From contig JBGSWL010000140.1 in the NCBI GenBank assembly GCA_041752455.1, forward strand, positions 45,423-109,422: a stretch of 64,000 nucleotides of DNA, in the 5' to 3' direction. Positions within the stretch are counted from its first letter, which is position 1; every line of letters begins with the position of its first letter. The stretch comes from Roseitalea sp. Its GTDB lineage: Bacteria; Pseudomonadota; Alphaproteobacteria; Rhizobiales; Rhizobiaceae. The notes beneath the pieces are model-generated. The model saw only the letters and a program-made list of their open reading frames with translations. It ran no database searches and had not been told where the DNA came from. Positions 47,871 through 56,740 of this stretch are shown one piece after another. A program made the position numbers and the translations under genes.

Positions 47871-48746
47871 ATGATCGATCTCGACAAAATCCGCGCCATC
47901 GACATCCACACCCATGCGGAAGAACCGTGCGGATGCCATGGCGATGATGGCTATGACGATCTGCAGTCGACCATGGCGACCTATTTCGGCGCGCCCTGGA
48001 AGCATCCGCCGACCGTGCAGGATACGGCGGCGCATTACCGCGCGCAGAACATCGCCGCGGTGATCTTTCCCGTCGATGCGGAGCGTGAGACCGGCTACCG
48101 CCGCTACAAGAACGAGGAAGTGGCCGAACTTGCCGCGGAAAACGCTGATGTGCTGATCCCGTTCGCCTCCATCGACCCGTGGAAAGGCAAGATGGCGGTG
48201 CGCGAGGCCAAGCGGCTGATGGCCGACTTCGGCATCAAGGGGTTCAAGTTCCATCCGACCATGCAGGGCTTTTTTCCGAACGACCGCATGACTTATCCGT
48301 TCTATGAGGCGATTGCCGAAGAAGGCGCCATCGCGCTGTTCCACACCGGCCAGACCGGCGTCGGTTCCGGCATGCCGGGCGGCAACGGCATGCGGCTGAA
48401 ATATTCAAACCCGATGTATCTCGATGATGTCGCGGTCGACTTTCCGGCGATGAAGATCATCATGGCGCACCCGTCCTTCCCCTGGCAGGAGGAAGCGCTG
48501 GCCGTTGCGCAGCACAAGCCGAATGTCTGGATCGACCTGTCAGGCTGGTCGCCGAAGTATTTTCCGGACATCCTCGTGCGCTACTGCAATTCGATCCTGA
48601 AAAAGAAGGTGCTGTTCGGCTCGGACTGGCCGATGATCGCGCCGGAGCGCTGGCTGTCGGACTTCGAAAAGATCGCGATCAAGGATGAGATCCGTCCGGA
48701 CATCATCAAGAACAATGCGGCGCGGCTTCTGGGGATGATGGCATGA
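47871..48746 (+). CDS. Amidohydrolase-2 family protein (possibly a beta-ketoacyl-CoA hydrolase of the hydroxycinnamate pathway)
   Basis: N-terminal metal ligands (IDIHTHA) and ACMSD/LigI-type family features. The specific role is inferred from neighbours. Confidence 0.65.
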   Translation: MIDLDKIRAIDIHTHAEEPCGCHGDDGYDDLQSTMATYFGAPWKHPPTVQDTAAHYRAQNIAAVIFPVDAERETGYRRYKNEEVAELAAENADVLIPFASIDPWKGKMAVREAKRLMADFGIKGFKFHPTMQGFFPNDRMTYPFYEAIAEEGAIALFHTGQTGVGSGMPGGNGMRLKYSNPMYLDDVAVDFPAMKIIMAHPSFPWQEEALAVAQHKPNVWIDLSGWSPKYFPDILVRYCNSILKKKVLFGSDWPMIAPERWLSDFEKIAIKDEIRPDIIKNNAARLLGMMA

Positions 48747-50308
48747 AGGCATTTTCGGCACCGCTCGATGATATCCTGTTCAGCCTTCGCCATGTCGCGC
48801 AGGCCGACCGGATCGACGGATGGGACGGCGACTTTGCCACCGAGATCGGCGGACACTTTGCGCGCCTTGCCGAAGACATCATCGCGCCGACCGATGCTAT
48901 CGGCGACACCGAGGGTGCGCGGCTGGAAAACGGCCGTGTTCGCATGCCGCAGGCGCTGAAGCAGGCGTTCGAGCAATACCGCGAACAGGGCTGGTGCGGG
49001 CTCACGCTGCCGGAGGAATATGGCGGGCAGGGGCAGAACGGTGTCATTCTTGCCATCGTGTCGGAGATTTTCACTGGCGCCAATGTGACTCTGCAGATGG
49101 TGACTAGCCTTGCGCCGGGCTGCGCGCGCACGCTGCTGGCGTTCGGAACAGAGGCGCAGAAGGCGCGCAACCTGCCGCCGATTGCCTCCGGCGAGTGGCT
49201 CTCGACCATGTGTCTGACAGAACCGGGTGCAGGCTCGGACCTCGGCCGTATCCGCACGCGGGCTGTGCGTTTGGGCGGTCACCATGCGATCACCGGCGAG
49301 AAGATCTTCATCTCGGGCGGTGACCACGACCTGACCGACGCCATCATCCATCTGGTGCTGGCACGCACCGGCGACGATCCGATCCGCGGGTTGTCGCTGT
49401 TCATCGTGCGCTCGGCGCGCGAGGACGGAACGCGCAACGGCGTCACCGTCGCGCGCATCGAAGACAAGATGGGCATGCATGCCTCGCCGACCTGCAACCT
49501 GATCTTCGACAATGCCGAGGCCGAGCTTCTGGGAGCGGAAGGGCAGGGGCTCGCCGCCATGTTCACGATGATGAACCACGCCCGCCTTGATGTCGGGCTG
49601 CAGGGCGTCGGGCTTTCCGCGCGCGCCCACGACATCGCCGCATCCTATGCGGCGGGGCGGATACAGGGGCGTGGCCAGTCGATCGACAGCCATGCGGATG
49701 TCCGCCGGATGCTCGACGAGATGGACATGCTCGCCGTTGGCGGGCGCGGCATCGTGCATCTGGCTGCTGTCATGCTGGAAACCGGAGAGAACCCGGACCT
49801 CGTCGAACTCTTGACGCCGGTCGCCAAGGTGTTCGGGACCGAGGGCGCCACGCGCGCCGCCGATCTCGGCATCCAGGTGCTCGGCGGCTACGGGTATCTG
49901 CGCGAATACCGGATGGAGCAGGTGGCGCGCGATGCGCGCATCACCCGCATCTATGAAGGCACCAACGGCATCCATGCGCTGGCGCTGGCAACGCGGCTCC
50001 TCAAGCTTGGCGCGCCGCTGGATGCGCTGGACGCATATGCAGCGGGTCACGACGGGAAGGCAGTCGCGGACGTTCTCGCCGCGTGGCGTCTGGCGAGGGC
50101 GGATCTGCAAGGTCTTGCCGATCCGACAGCACTTGCGACACCGTTCATGGCGCTGACGGTCGAGGTCGTGCACCAATGCGTCTGGGCGCGGATCGAAGCG
50201 GCTGCCGGACAGCACGCCGACCCCGAGCGCCTGATACGGCTCGCGCGCATGGCACGTCGCCGTGTGCCTGTGGCGGTTGCCGGGTTCAAAGCTGAAAAGG
50301 ACATCTAG
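48743..50308 (+). CDS. Acyl-CoA dehydrogenase family protein
   Basis: ACAD middle and C-terminal domains (CLTEPGAGSD, IYEGTNGI), 521 aa. Confidence 0.85.
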   Translation: MKAFSAPLDDILFSLRHVAQADRIDGWDGDFATEIGGHFARLAEDIIAPTDAIGDTEGARLENGRVRMPQALKQAFEQYREQGWCGLTLPEEYGGQGQNGVILAIVSEIFTGANVTLQMVTSLAPGCARTLLAFGTEAQKARNLPPIASGEWLSTMCLTEPGAGSDLGRIRTRAVRLGGHHAITGEKIFISGGDHDLTDAIIHLVLARTGDDPIRGLSLFIVRSAREDGTRNGVTVARIEDKMGMHASPTCNLIFDNAEAELLGAEGQGLAAMFTMMNHARLDVGLQGVGLSARAHDIAASYAAGRIQGRGQSIDSHADVRRMLDEMDMLAVGGRGIVHLAAVMLETGENPDLVELLTPVAKVFGTEGATRAADLGIQVLGGYGYLREYRMEQVARDARITRIYEGTNGIHALALATRLLKLGAPLDALDAYAAGHDGKAVADVLAAWRLARADLQGLADPTALATPFMALTVEVVHQCVWARIEAAAGQHADPERLIRLARMARRRVPVAVAGFKAEKDI

Positions 50309-50328
50309 TCCGACCGGTGAATTGATTA

Positions 50329-50364
50329 CGCATTATCTTGCATAATATGCGGTAAAATGCATAA
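50329..50364. promoter_or_regulatory. AT-rich island with TGCA repeats upstream of the benzoate-CoA ligase gene; candidate BoxR operator
   Basis: CGCATTATCTTGCATAATATGCGGTAAAATGCATAA. TGCATAA occurs twice, 19 bp apart, plus a partial palindrome. Confidence 0.45.
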
Positions 50365-50463
50365 CGTGACGAGCGCACTTGCCGGGCCGGGGAGGGTCCG
50401 GCGTGATGCGGTTGTCGCTGGCCTTGATCAGCGCGCGACAGTTGGGTTTGGGAGGATCCGGAC

Positions 50464-52011
50464 ATGGCCGAGAACAGCAACGGCAACGCGTTTGTCCATT
50501 TCGTGGACAGGCATCTGGCCGAGGGTCGGGGCGACAAGGTTGCCTTTCGCGAGGCGTTCGGCGCCAATCGCGAATTGACTTATGGCGACCTTGGCGAGGC
50601 TGCGTCGGTGTTTTCCGGCGCGCTGGCTGCGGCCGGCATCGCGCGTGAGGAACGAATGGCGATGCTGGTCCTTGACCAGATCGAGTTTCCCGTCGCCTTC
50701 TGGGGTGCCATAGCCGCCGGTGTCGTGCCGATCCCGCTCAACACGCTTTTGGCGACATCGGTCTATGACGTGATCTTCCATGACAGCCGCGCATCAAGCC
50801 TTGTCGTCTCGGCAGCGCTGTACGAGACGATTGCGCCCGCCTTGCCGCTCAACCCGTTCATCCGCACGGTGATCGTGATCGGCGGTGAGGCGCCGGAAGG
50901 AACAATCAGCTGGGACGCCTTCATGGCGGCGGGGGCTGCCCGCGCTGCGATCAAGGCGAGCGGCGATGATGTGGCCTTCTGGCTCTATTCGTCCGGTTCG
51001 ACCGGCGAACCCAAAGGCGTGCGTCATGTGCATGCCAGCCTGCAGGCCACAGCGGACACTTATGGTGCGCAGGTGCTCGGCATCCGTGAAGATGACATCG
51101 TCTATTCTGCGGCCAAGCTGTTTTTCGCCTACGGGCTCGGCAATGCCATGACCTTCCCGATGTCGGTCGGCGCGACGACGCTTTTGTTCAATGCCCGTCC
51201 GACACCGGAAAGCGTCAGTGCGATCCTTGCGGACCACCAGCCGACGGTCTTTTGCGGGGTGCCGACGCTTTATGCGGCTCTCGTGCACAAGTTCGAAACC
51301 GAAGGGCATCGCCCTTTCGGCCTGCTGCGCACCTGCATTTCCGCAGGCGAGGCGCTACCGGAAGAGATCGGCCGCAAATGGCAGGCGCTTTCCGAGGTCG
51401 ATATTCTCGACGGGGTCGGCTCAACCGAGATGCTGCACATTTTTCTCTCCAACCGGCCAGGCGACATCGTTTACGGCACGTCCGGCGTGGCGGTGCCCGG
51501 CTACGAAGTGCGGCTGGTCGATGAAGACGGGCGGGATGTCGGCGCCGGTCATGTCGGCGAACTTCTGGTCAAGGGGGCATCCGCCGCCGACGGCTACTGG
51601 AACAAGCGCGACAAGAGCCGCTCGACCTTCGAAGGCCACTGGACCCGCACCGGCGACAAGTACGAGCTGACGCCGGAAGGACGCTTTGTCTACTGCGGGC
51701 GCACCGACGACATGTTCAAGGTCTCGGGAATTTGGGTTTCGCCCTTCGAGGTGGAGCAGGCGCTGGTTTCGCACCCTGCCGTGCTGGAAGCGGCGGTTGT
51801 TGCGCGCCGCGACGAAGACGGCCTTGAAAAACCGAAGGCCTTCATCGTTGCCAAGGGCGCGCCGGCGGCAAACCTTGCCGAAGACCTCAAGGATTTCGTC
51901 AAGGACAAGATCGGCAAGTGGAAGTATCCGCGCTGGATCGAGATCGTCGATGACCTGCCAAAAACCGCAACCGGCAAAATCCAGCGGTTCAAGCTGCGGG
52001 AGATCGCGTGA
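50464..52011 (+). CDS. bclA: Benzoate-CoA ligase
   Basis: AMP-binding motifs (YSSGSTGEPKGV, GDKY, PKTATGKIQRFKLR). N-terminus is typical of benzoate-CoA ligases; box cluster context. Confidence 0.85.
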   Translation: MAENSNGNAFVHFVDRHLAEGRGDKVAFREAFGANRELTYGDLGEAASVFSGALAAAGIAREERMAMLVLDQIEFPVAFWGAIAAGVVPIPLNTLLATSVYDVIFHDSRASSLVVSAALYETIAPALPLNPFIRTVIVIGGEAPEGTISWDAFMAAGAARAAIKASGDDVAFWLYSSGSTGEPKGVRHVHASLQATADTYGAQVLGIREDDIVYSAAKLFFAYGLGNAMTFPMSVGATTLLFNARPTPESVSAILADHQPTVFCGVPTLYAALVHKFETEGHRPFGLLRTCISAGEALPEEIGRKWQALSEVDILDGVGSTEMLHIFLSNRPGDIVYGTSGVAVPGYEVRLVDEDGRDVGAGHVGELLVKGASAADGYWNKRDKSRSTFEGHWTRTGDKYELTPEGRFVYCGRTDDMFKVSGIWVSPFEVEQALVSHPAVLEAAVVARRDEDGLEKPKAFIVAKGAPAANLAEDLKDFVKDKIGKWKYPRWIEIVDDLPKTATGKIQRFKLREIA

Positions 52012-52826
52012 TGGCTGACTGGACCGACACCGCTTTCCTGACGGTGGGCGGCAAGGCGTTGGAGTATGCATGCCACGGCCCGTCGCCGGATCAGGCGCCG
52101 ACCATCGTTTTGTTGCACGAGGGGCTTGGTTGCGTGGCGCTCTGGCGCGACTTTCCGGCAAAGCTTGCCGAAGCAACCGGTTGGGGCGTGTTCGCTTGGT
52201 CGCGCGCCGGTTACGGCCAGTCTGACCCTGCCGACCTGCCGCGCCCGCTCGACTACATGACGCGCGAGGCTGTCGATGTGCTGCCGCAGGTGCTGGATGC
52301 CATCGGCTTCAAGCGCGGCATCCTTGTCGGCCATTCAGATGGTGCGACGATCGCCGGCATCCATGCGGGCAGTGTCGAGGATTTCCGCGTGCGTGGGATC
52401 GTGCTGATGGCGCCGCATTTCTTCACCGAAGAGATGGGGCTGGCGGAAATCGCCAAGGCCAAGGACGCCTTCGAGACAACCGATCTGCGCGCGCGGCTCG
52501 GCAAATACCATCGCGACCCGGACAATGCCTTTCGCGGCTGGAACGATGCCTGGCTGCATCCGGACTTCGTGCGCTGGAATGTTGCCGAGGTGATCGACTA
52601 CTGGCGCATTCCGGCGCTGGTCATCCAGGGGCGCGATGACCAATACGGCACGCTTGACCAGATCGCGGAGATCGAGGCGCGGACCTACAGCCCGGTCGAC
52701 ACCGTCATCATCGATGAGTGCCGGCATTCGCCGTTCATCGACAAGCCGGAAGAAACGCTGGCCGCCGTTTGCGAGTTCGTTGCGCGCCTTGCCCGTATCG
52801 AGGCTGCCGAGGTCGAAGCGGCGTGA
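52008..52826 (+). CDS. Alpha/beta hydrolase
   Basis: HEGLGC and a GHSDG nucleophile elbow, within the box cluster. Confidence 0.75.
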   Translation: MMADWTDTAFLTVGGKALEYACHGPSPDQAPTIVLLHEGLGCVALWRDFPAKLAEATGWGVFAWSRAGYGQSDPADLPRPLDYMTREAVDVLPQVLDAIGFKRGILVGHSDGATIAGIHAGSVEDFRVRGIVLMAPHFFTEEMGLAEIAKAKDAFETTDLRARLGKYHRDPDNAFRGWNDAWLHPDFVRWNVAEVIDYWRIPALVIQGRDDQYGTLDQIAEIEARTYSPVDTVIIDECRHSPFIDKPEETLAAVCEFVARLARIEAAEVEAA

Positions 52827-53299
52827 GCTTGGACCCCGGCGGCTGGCTGCCGCCCCATGCCCATGTGCCGGGCGCCAACCGCCGCCATGACGAGGGCCTG
52901 TTCGATGCGTTTCGCACGACGGTTCGCCCGGGCATGAGCGCGGCAACCCTTGCGCAGTCGCCGGCGTTTCGCGCCGGTTTGCGGTTCCATCGCGCCGGAT
53001 ATCATTGGGAAGCCCATGAGGTCTGGGAGGCCGTCTGGATGGCTTGTCCGGATGACAGCGCCGAACGCGCGCTGGTTCAGGGGCTGATCCAGATCGCCAA
53101 CGCAAGGCTGAAGATCGCGATGGGCAAGCCCAAAGCTTCGGTCCGGCTGTGCGGGATTGCTGCCGAATGCCTCCGACAATCTGCCGAGCGCGCTGGCGCA
53201 TCCGGTCTTGTTCTGGGCGTCGATCTTGAGGCACTTCGGCGCGAAATCGCGGCCATCGAGAAGACCGTAAACGCAATTGTGCAAAATAATGCAAAATGA
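52823..53299 (+). CDS. DUF309-like small helical protein
   Basis: GTG start overlapping the upstream stop (GTGA). Has F..G..LF..G.YWEAHEVWE..W motifs as I recall for DUF309. Confidence 0.55.
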   Translation: MSLDPGGWLPPHAHVPGANRRHDEGLFDAFRTTVRPGMSAATLAQSPAFRAGLRFHRAGYHWEAHEVWEAVWMACPDDSAERALVQGLIQIANARLKIAMGKPKASVRLCGIAAECLRQSAERAGASGLVLGVDLEALRREIAAIEKTVNAIVQNNAK

Positions 53300-53346
53300 G
53301 AGCGATGAAGGCTTGAATATTCCGTCAGATTAAGCAATAAAATGCA
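53280..53346. promoter_or_regulatory. Three TGCAAAA(A/T) boxes upstream of boxC; candidate BoxR operator/promoter region
   Basis: TGCAAAATAATGCAAAATGA (10-bp phasing) at 53280-53299, and ATGCAAAAAT at 53342-53351. Confidence 0.45.
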
Positions 53347-53402
53347 AAAATCCGCTTTACGGCATGGCCAGGCGGCGCTATGACATCATCAGGGAGGCTC
53401 AC

Positions 53403-55064
53403 GTGAGCAAGATCATCGATTTCCGCACAGATCCGTCGCGTTACCGCCACTGGCGCGTTGCCTATGACGGGCCGGTTGCGACCGTCTTCATGGATGTGGA
53501 CGAGAACGGCGGGCTGTTCGAGGGCTATCAGCTGAAGCTGAACTCCTACGATCTGGGTGTCGATATCGAGCTTGCCGATGTGGTGCAGCGCATGCGGTTC
53601 GAGCATCCGGAAGTCAAAGTCGTCGTGATGCGGTCGGGCAAGGAACGCGTGTTCTGCGCTGGTGCCAACATCTGCATGCTCGGCGGTGCTGCCCATGCCC
53701 ACAAGGTCAATTTCTGCAAATTCACCAACGAGACGCGCAACACGTTCGAGGCTGCAGAAGCCGACAGCGGTCAGAAATGGATCGCCGCAGTCAAGGGCGC
53801 TTGCGCCGGTGGCGGCTACGAGCTGGCGCTTGCCTGCAACCACATCATGCTGACGGACGATTCCTCGTCGTCGGTGTCGTTGCCGGAAGTGCCGCTTTTG
53901 GCGGTGCTACCCGGCACAGGCGGGCTGACCCGTGTCACCGACAAGCGCAAGGTGCGCCGTGACCTGGCTGATGTGTTCTGTTCGGTGGAAGAGGGCGTCA
54001 AGGGCAAGCGCGCCGTCGATTGGCGGCTGGTCGATGAAGTGATCCCGAATTCGAAGTTTGACGATGTGGTCGCGCAGCGCGCAGCAGAGTTTGCTGCCGC
54101 ATCCAGCAAGCCGGACGTCGCCGAAGGCATCGCGCTCACCCCGCTCGAACGGACCATCGGCGATGATGGATCGCTTGCCTATTCGCTGGTCGAGGTCACT
54201 GTCGATCGCGCGGCGCGCAAGGCGACGATCACGCTGTCCGGTCCCGATTGCGATGTTCCGGCCGATGCCGATGCGCTGGTTGCCTTGGGCGACAAGAGCT
54301 ATTTCCTTCGCCTTTCGCGCGAACTGGACGATGCAATCCTGCATCTGCGCCTCAACGAGATGGAACTCGGCCTGCTGGTCTTCCGCAGCCAGGGCGATGC
54401 GGCAAGCGTGATGGCGCAGGAAGCGGCGCTCAACGCCATGGGCGACCACTGGCTCGCCAACGAGATCGTCCAGTACTGGAAGCGCCTGATGAAGCGCATC
54501 GACGTGACATCGCGCTCGCTTGTGGCGCTCGTCGAGAACGGTTCGTGCTTTGCCGGCATGCTCGCCGAGATCGTGTTTGCTGTCGACCGGACCTACATGA
54601 TGGAAGGCGACTTCGAGGGCGACAACCGTCCGGTCGCAGCGATCACGCTGACAGCTGCCAATTTCGGCCCGTTCCCTATGGCCAACGGCCTCACGCGCCT
54701 TCAGACCCGCTTTCTCGGCGAGCCGGAGCGGGTTGATGCGGCCGAGGCACGCAAAGGCGAGGCGCTGGAAGCTTTCGATGCTAACGACCTTGGCCTCGTC
54801 ACCTTTGCTTTCGATGACGTGGACTGGGAAGACGAAGTGCGCATCTTCATGGAGGAACGCGCCTCGTTCTCGCCCGATGCGATGACCGGCATGGAAGCCA
54901 ATCTGCGCTTTGCCGGCCCGGAAACCATGGAAACCCGGATCTTCGGGCGGCTGACCGCCTGGCAGAACTGGATTTTCCAACGGCCGAACGCAGTCGGCAG
55001 CGATGGCGCGCTGCAGCGCTATGGCACCGGCGTTCGCGGCGACTACAACATGCAGAGGGTGTGA
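53403..55064 (+). CDS. boxC: 2,3-epoxybenzoyl-CoA dihydrolase (benzoyl-CoA-dihydrodiol lyase)
   Basis: FRTDPSRYRHW...LKLNSYDLGVDIEL...FCAGANI is typical of BoxC. GTG 53403 is preceded by AGGGAGG; ATG 53364 is an alternative. Confidence 0.9.
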   Translation: MSKIIDFRTDPSRYRHWRVAYDGPVATVFMDVDENGGLFEGYQLKLNSYDLGVDIELADVVQRMRFEHPEVKVVVMRSGKERVFCAGANICMLGGAAHAHKVNFCKFTNETRNTFEAAEADSGQKWIAAVKGACAGGGYELALACNHIMLTDDSSSSVSLPEVPLLAVLPGTGGLTRVTDKRKVRRDLADVFCSVEEGVKGKRAVDWRLVDEVIPNSKFDDVVAQRAAEFAAASSKPDVAEGIALTPLERTIGDDGSLAYSLVEVTVDRAARKATITLSGPDCDVPADADALVALGDKSYFLRLSRELDDAILHLRLNEMELGLLVFRSQGDAASVMAQEAALNAMGDHWLANEIVQYWKRLMKRIDVTSRSLVALVENGSCFAGMLAEIVFAVDRTYMMEGDFEGDNRPVAAITLTAANFGPFPMANGLTRLQTRFLGEPERVDAAEARKGEALEAFDANDLGLVTFAFDDVDWEDEVRIFMEERASFSPDAMTGMEANLRFAGPETMETRIFGRLTAWQNWIFQRPNAVGSDGALQRYGTGVRGDYNMQRV

Positions 55065-55069
55065 GGGGC

Positions 55070-55140
55070 GGTGAATGGTGAATGGAAAATGGTGAATGGT
55101 AACGGGATTGCGCTTTGCCATTCACTATTCACCATTCACC
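55070..55140. repeat. Hairpin-forming intergenic element built from GGTGAAT heptads (copy A, after boxC)
   Basis: Left arm GGTGAATGGTGAATGGAAAATGGTGAATGG, right arm CCATTCACTATTCACCATTCACC, loop about 18 nt. It starts 6 nt after the boxC stop. Confidence 0.85.
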
Positions 55141-55196
55141 GATGGCACCCTCGGCTTTCGCTTTTGAGGCACTGAATTTCGACCAGAGGAGAAACC

Positions 55197-56648
55197 ATGC
55201 TCGACCTGATCAATGTTTCCTACGACACGCAGATCCCGAACAATGTCGGGCTATCGACCGACAAGCGCGTGCTCAAGGCGCTGGAAAAGTGGCATCCGGG
55301 CTATATCAGCTGGTGGAATGACCTGATCCCCGACAACTTCCAGCAGTCTCTGGTCTATCTGCGCACCGCCGTCTCGGTCGATCCGAAGGGCTGGGCCAAG
55401 TTCGACTACGTGAAGATGCCGGAATACCGCTGGGGTGTTCTGCTCGCGCCGCAGGTCGAGGGACGCACGATCCCTTGCGGCGAACATGCCGGTCAGCCTG
55501 CCTGGCAGGATGTGCCCGGTGAATACCGCAACATGCTGAAGCGCATGATTGTCATCCAGGGCGACACCGAGCCGGCATCTGTCGAACAGCAGCGTTTCCT
55601 CGGCCGCACTGCGCCGTCGCTCTATGACATGCGCAACCTGTTCCAGGTGAACGTGGAAGAGGGCCGTCACCTGTGGGCGATGGTCTACCTCTTGCACAAG
55701 TATTTCGGGGCCGATGGCCGCGAAGAGGCCGACGACATGCTGCGCCGGTCGTCCGGCTCGGAAGAAGCGCCGCGCATGCTCGGCGCTTTCAACGAAGAGA
55801 CGCCGGACTGGCTGTCGTTCTTCATGTTCACCTACTTCACCGACCGCGACGGCAAGATGCAGCTGGAATCGCTGGCGCAGTCGGGCTTCGATCCGCTCAG
55901 CCGCACCTGCCGCTTCATGCTGACGGAAGAAGCGCACCACATGTTCGTCGGCGAAACCGGCGTCGGCCGCACCATCGAGCGCACCTGCCAGGTAATGGTC
56001 GAAAACGGCATCGACGACCCTTACGACATCGACCGCATCCGCGCGCTCGGCGTCATCGATCTTCCGACGATCCAGAAGAAGCTCAACCTGCACTACACGC
56101 TGTCGCTGGACCTGTTCGGACAGGAAGTCTCGACCAACGCTGCCAACGCCTTCAATGCCGGCATCAAGGGCCGGTACATGGAGCACCGGCTGGAAGACGA
56201 CCATCAGCTCAAGAGCGCGACCTATCCGGTCTGGGATTTCGAAGATGGCAGACTGGTCCGCAAGGACGTTCCGGCGCTGACCGCCATCAACATGCGCCTT
56301 CGCGATGACTATACCCGCGATGCCTCGGGCGGCGTTGGCCGGTGGAACAAGCTGATCGAGAAGGCCGGCGTGAGCTTTGCGATGAAGCTTCCGCACGAGG
56401 CGTTCAACCGCAAGATTGGCGTCTTTGCCAACCATCTGTTCAACCCGGAAGGCCAGATGGTCAGCGGCGCCGAGTATGATGCAGGCCTGCTGCATTGGCT
56501 GCCGACCAAGGCCGATGGCGACTACATCGCCTCGCTGATGACCCCGGTCTATGAACCCGGCAAATTTGCCGGCTGGATCGCACCGCCGAAGGTCGGCATC
56601 GACAACAAGCCGGGCGATTTTGAGTATGTGAAGTTGTATATGGCGTGA
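55197..56648 (+). CDS. boxB: Benzoyl-CoA 2,3-epoxidase, di-iron oxygenase subunit
   Basis: Typical BoxB N-terminus (INVSYDTQIPNNVGL) and di-iron EExH motifs (VEEGRHLW, TEEAHHMF). Confidence 0.95.
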   Translation: MLDLINVSYDTQIPNNVGLSTDKRVLKALEKWHPGYISWWNDLIPDNFQQSLVYLRTAVSVDPKGWAKFDYVKMPEYRWGVLLAPQVEGRTIPCGEHAGQPAWQDVPGEYRNMLKRMIVIQGDTEPASVEQQRFLGRTAPSLYDMRNLFQVNVEEGRHLWAMVYLLHKYFGADGREEADDMLRRSSGSEEAPRMLGAFNEETPDWLSFFMFTYFTDRDGKMQLESLAQSGFDPLSRTCRFMLTEEAHHMFVGETGVGRTIERTCQVMVENGIDDPYDIDRIRALGVIDLPTIQKKLNLHYTLSLDLFGQEVSTNAANAFNAGIKGRYMEHRLEDDHQLKSATYPVWDFEDGRLVRKDVPALTAINMRLRDDYTRDASGGVGRWNKLIEKAGVSFAMKLPHEAFNRKIGVFANHLFNPEGQMVSGAEYDAGLLHWLPTKADGDYIASLMTPVYEPGKFAGWIAPPKVGIDNKPGDFEYVKLYMA

Positions 56649-56651
56649 GCC

Positions 56652-56730
56652 GGTGAATGGAAAATGGTGAATGGTGAATGGTTTCGGCCACTCACTCTCT
56701 GCCATTCACCATTCACAATTCACCATTCAC
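56652..56730. repeat. Hairpin-forming intergenic element built from GGTGAAT heptads (copy B, after boxB)
   Basis: Left arm GGTGAATGGAAAATGGTGAATGGTGAATGG, right arm CCATTCACCATTCACAATTCACCATTCAC. The loop is unrelated to that of copy A. Confidence 0.85.
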
Positions 56731-56740
56731 GGAAACTTCC

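Noticed and set aside
55115-55321. Small ORFs and ORF extensions reading through the heptad hairpins (PFTIHHSP-type peptides; also the 56678 start of the boxA ORF).
   Set aside because: The PFTIH repeats are simply translations of CCATTCACC heptads. The same DNA forms a strong hairpin and lies between a stop codon and the next gene's SD.
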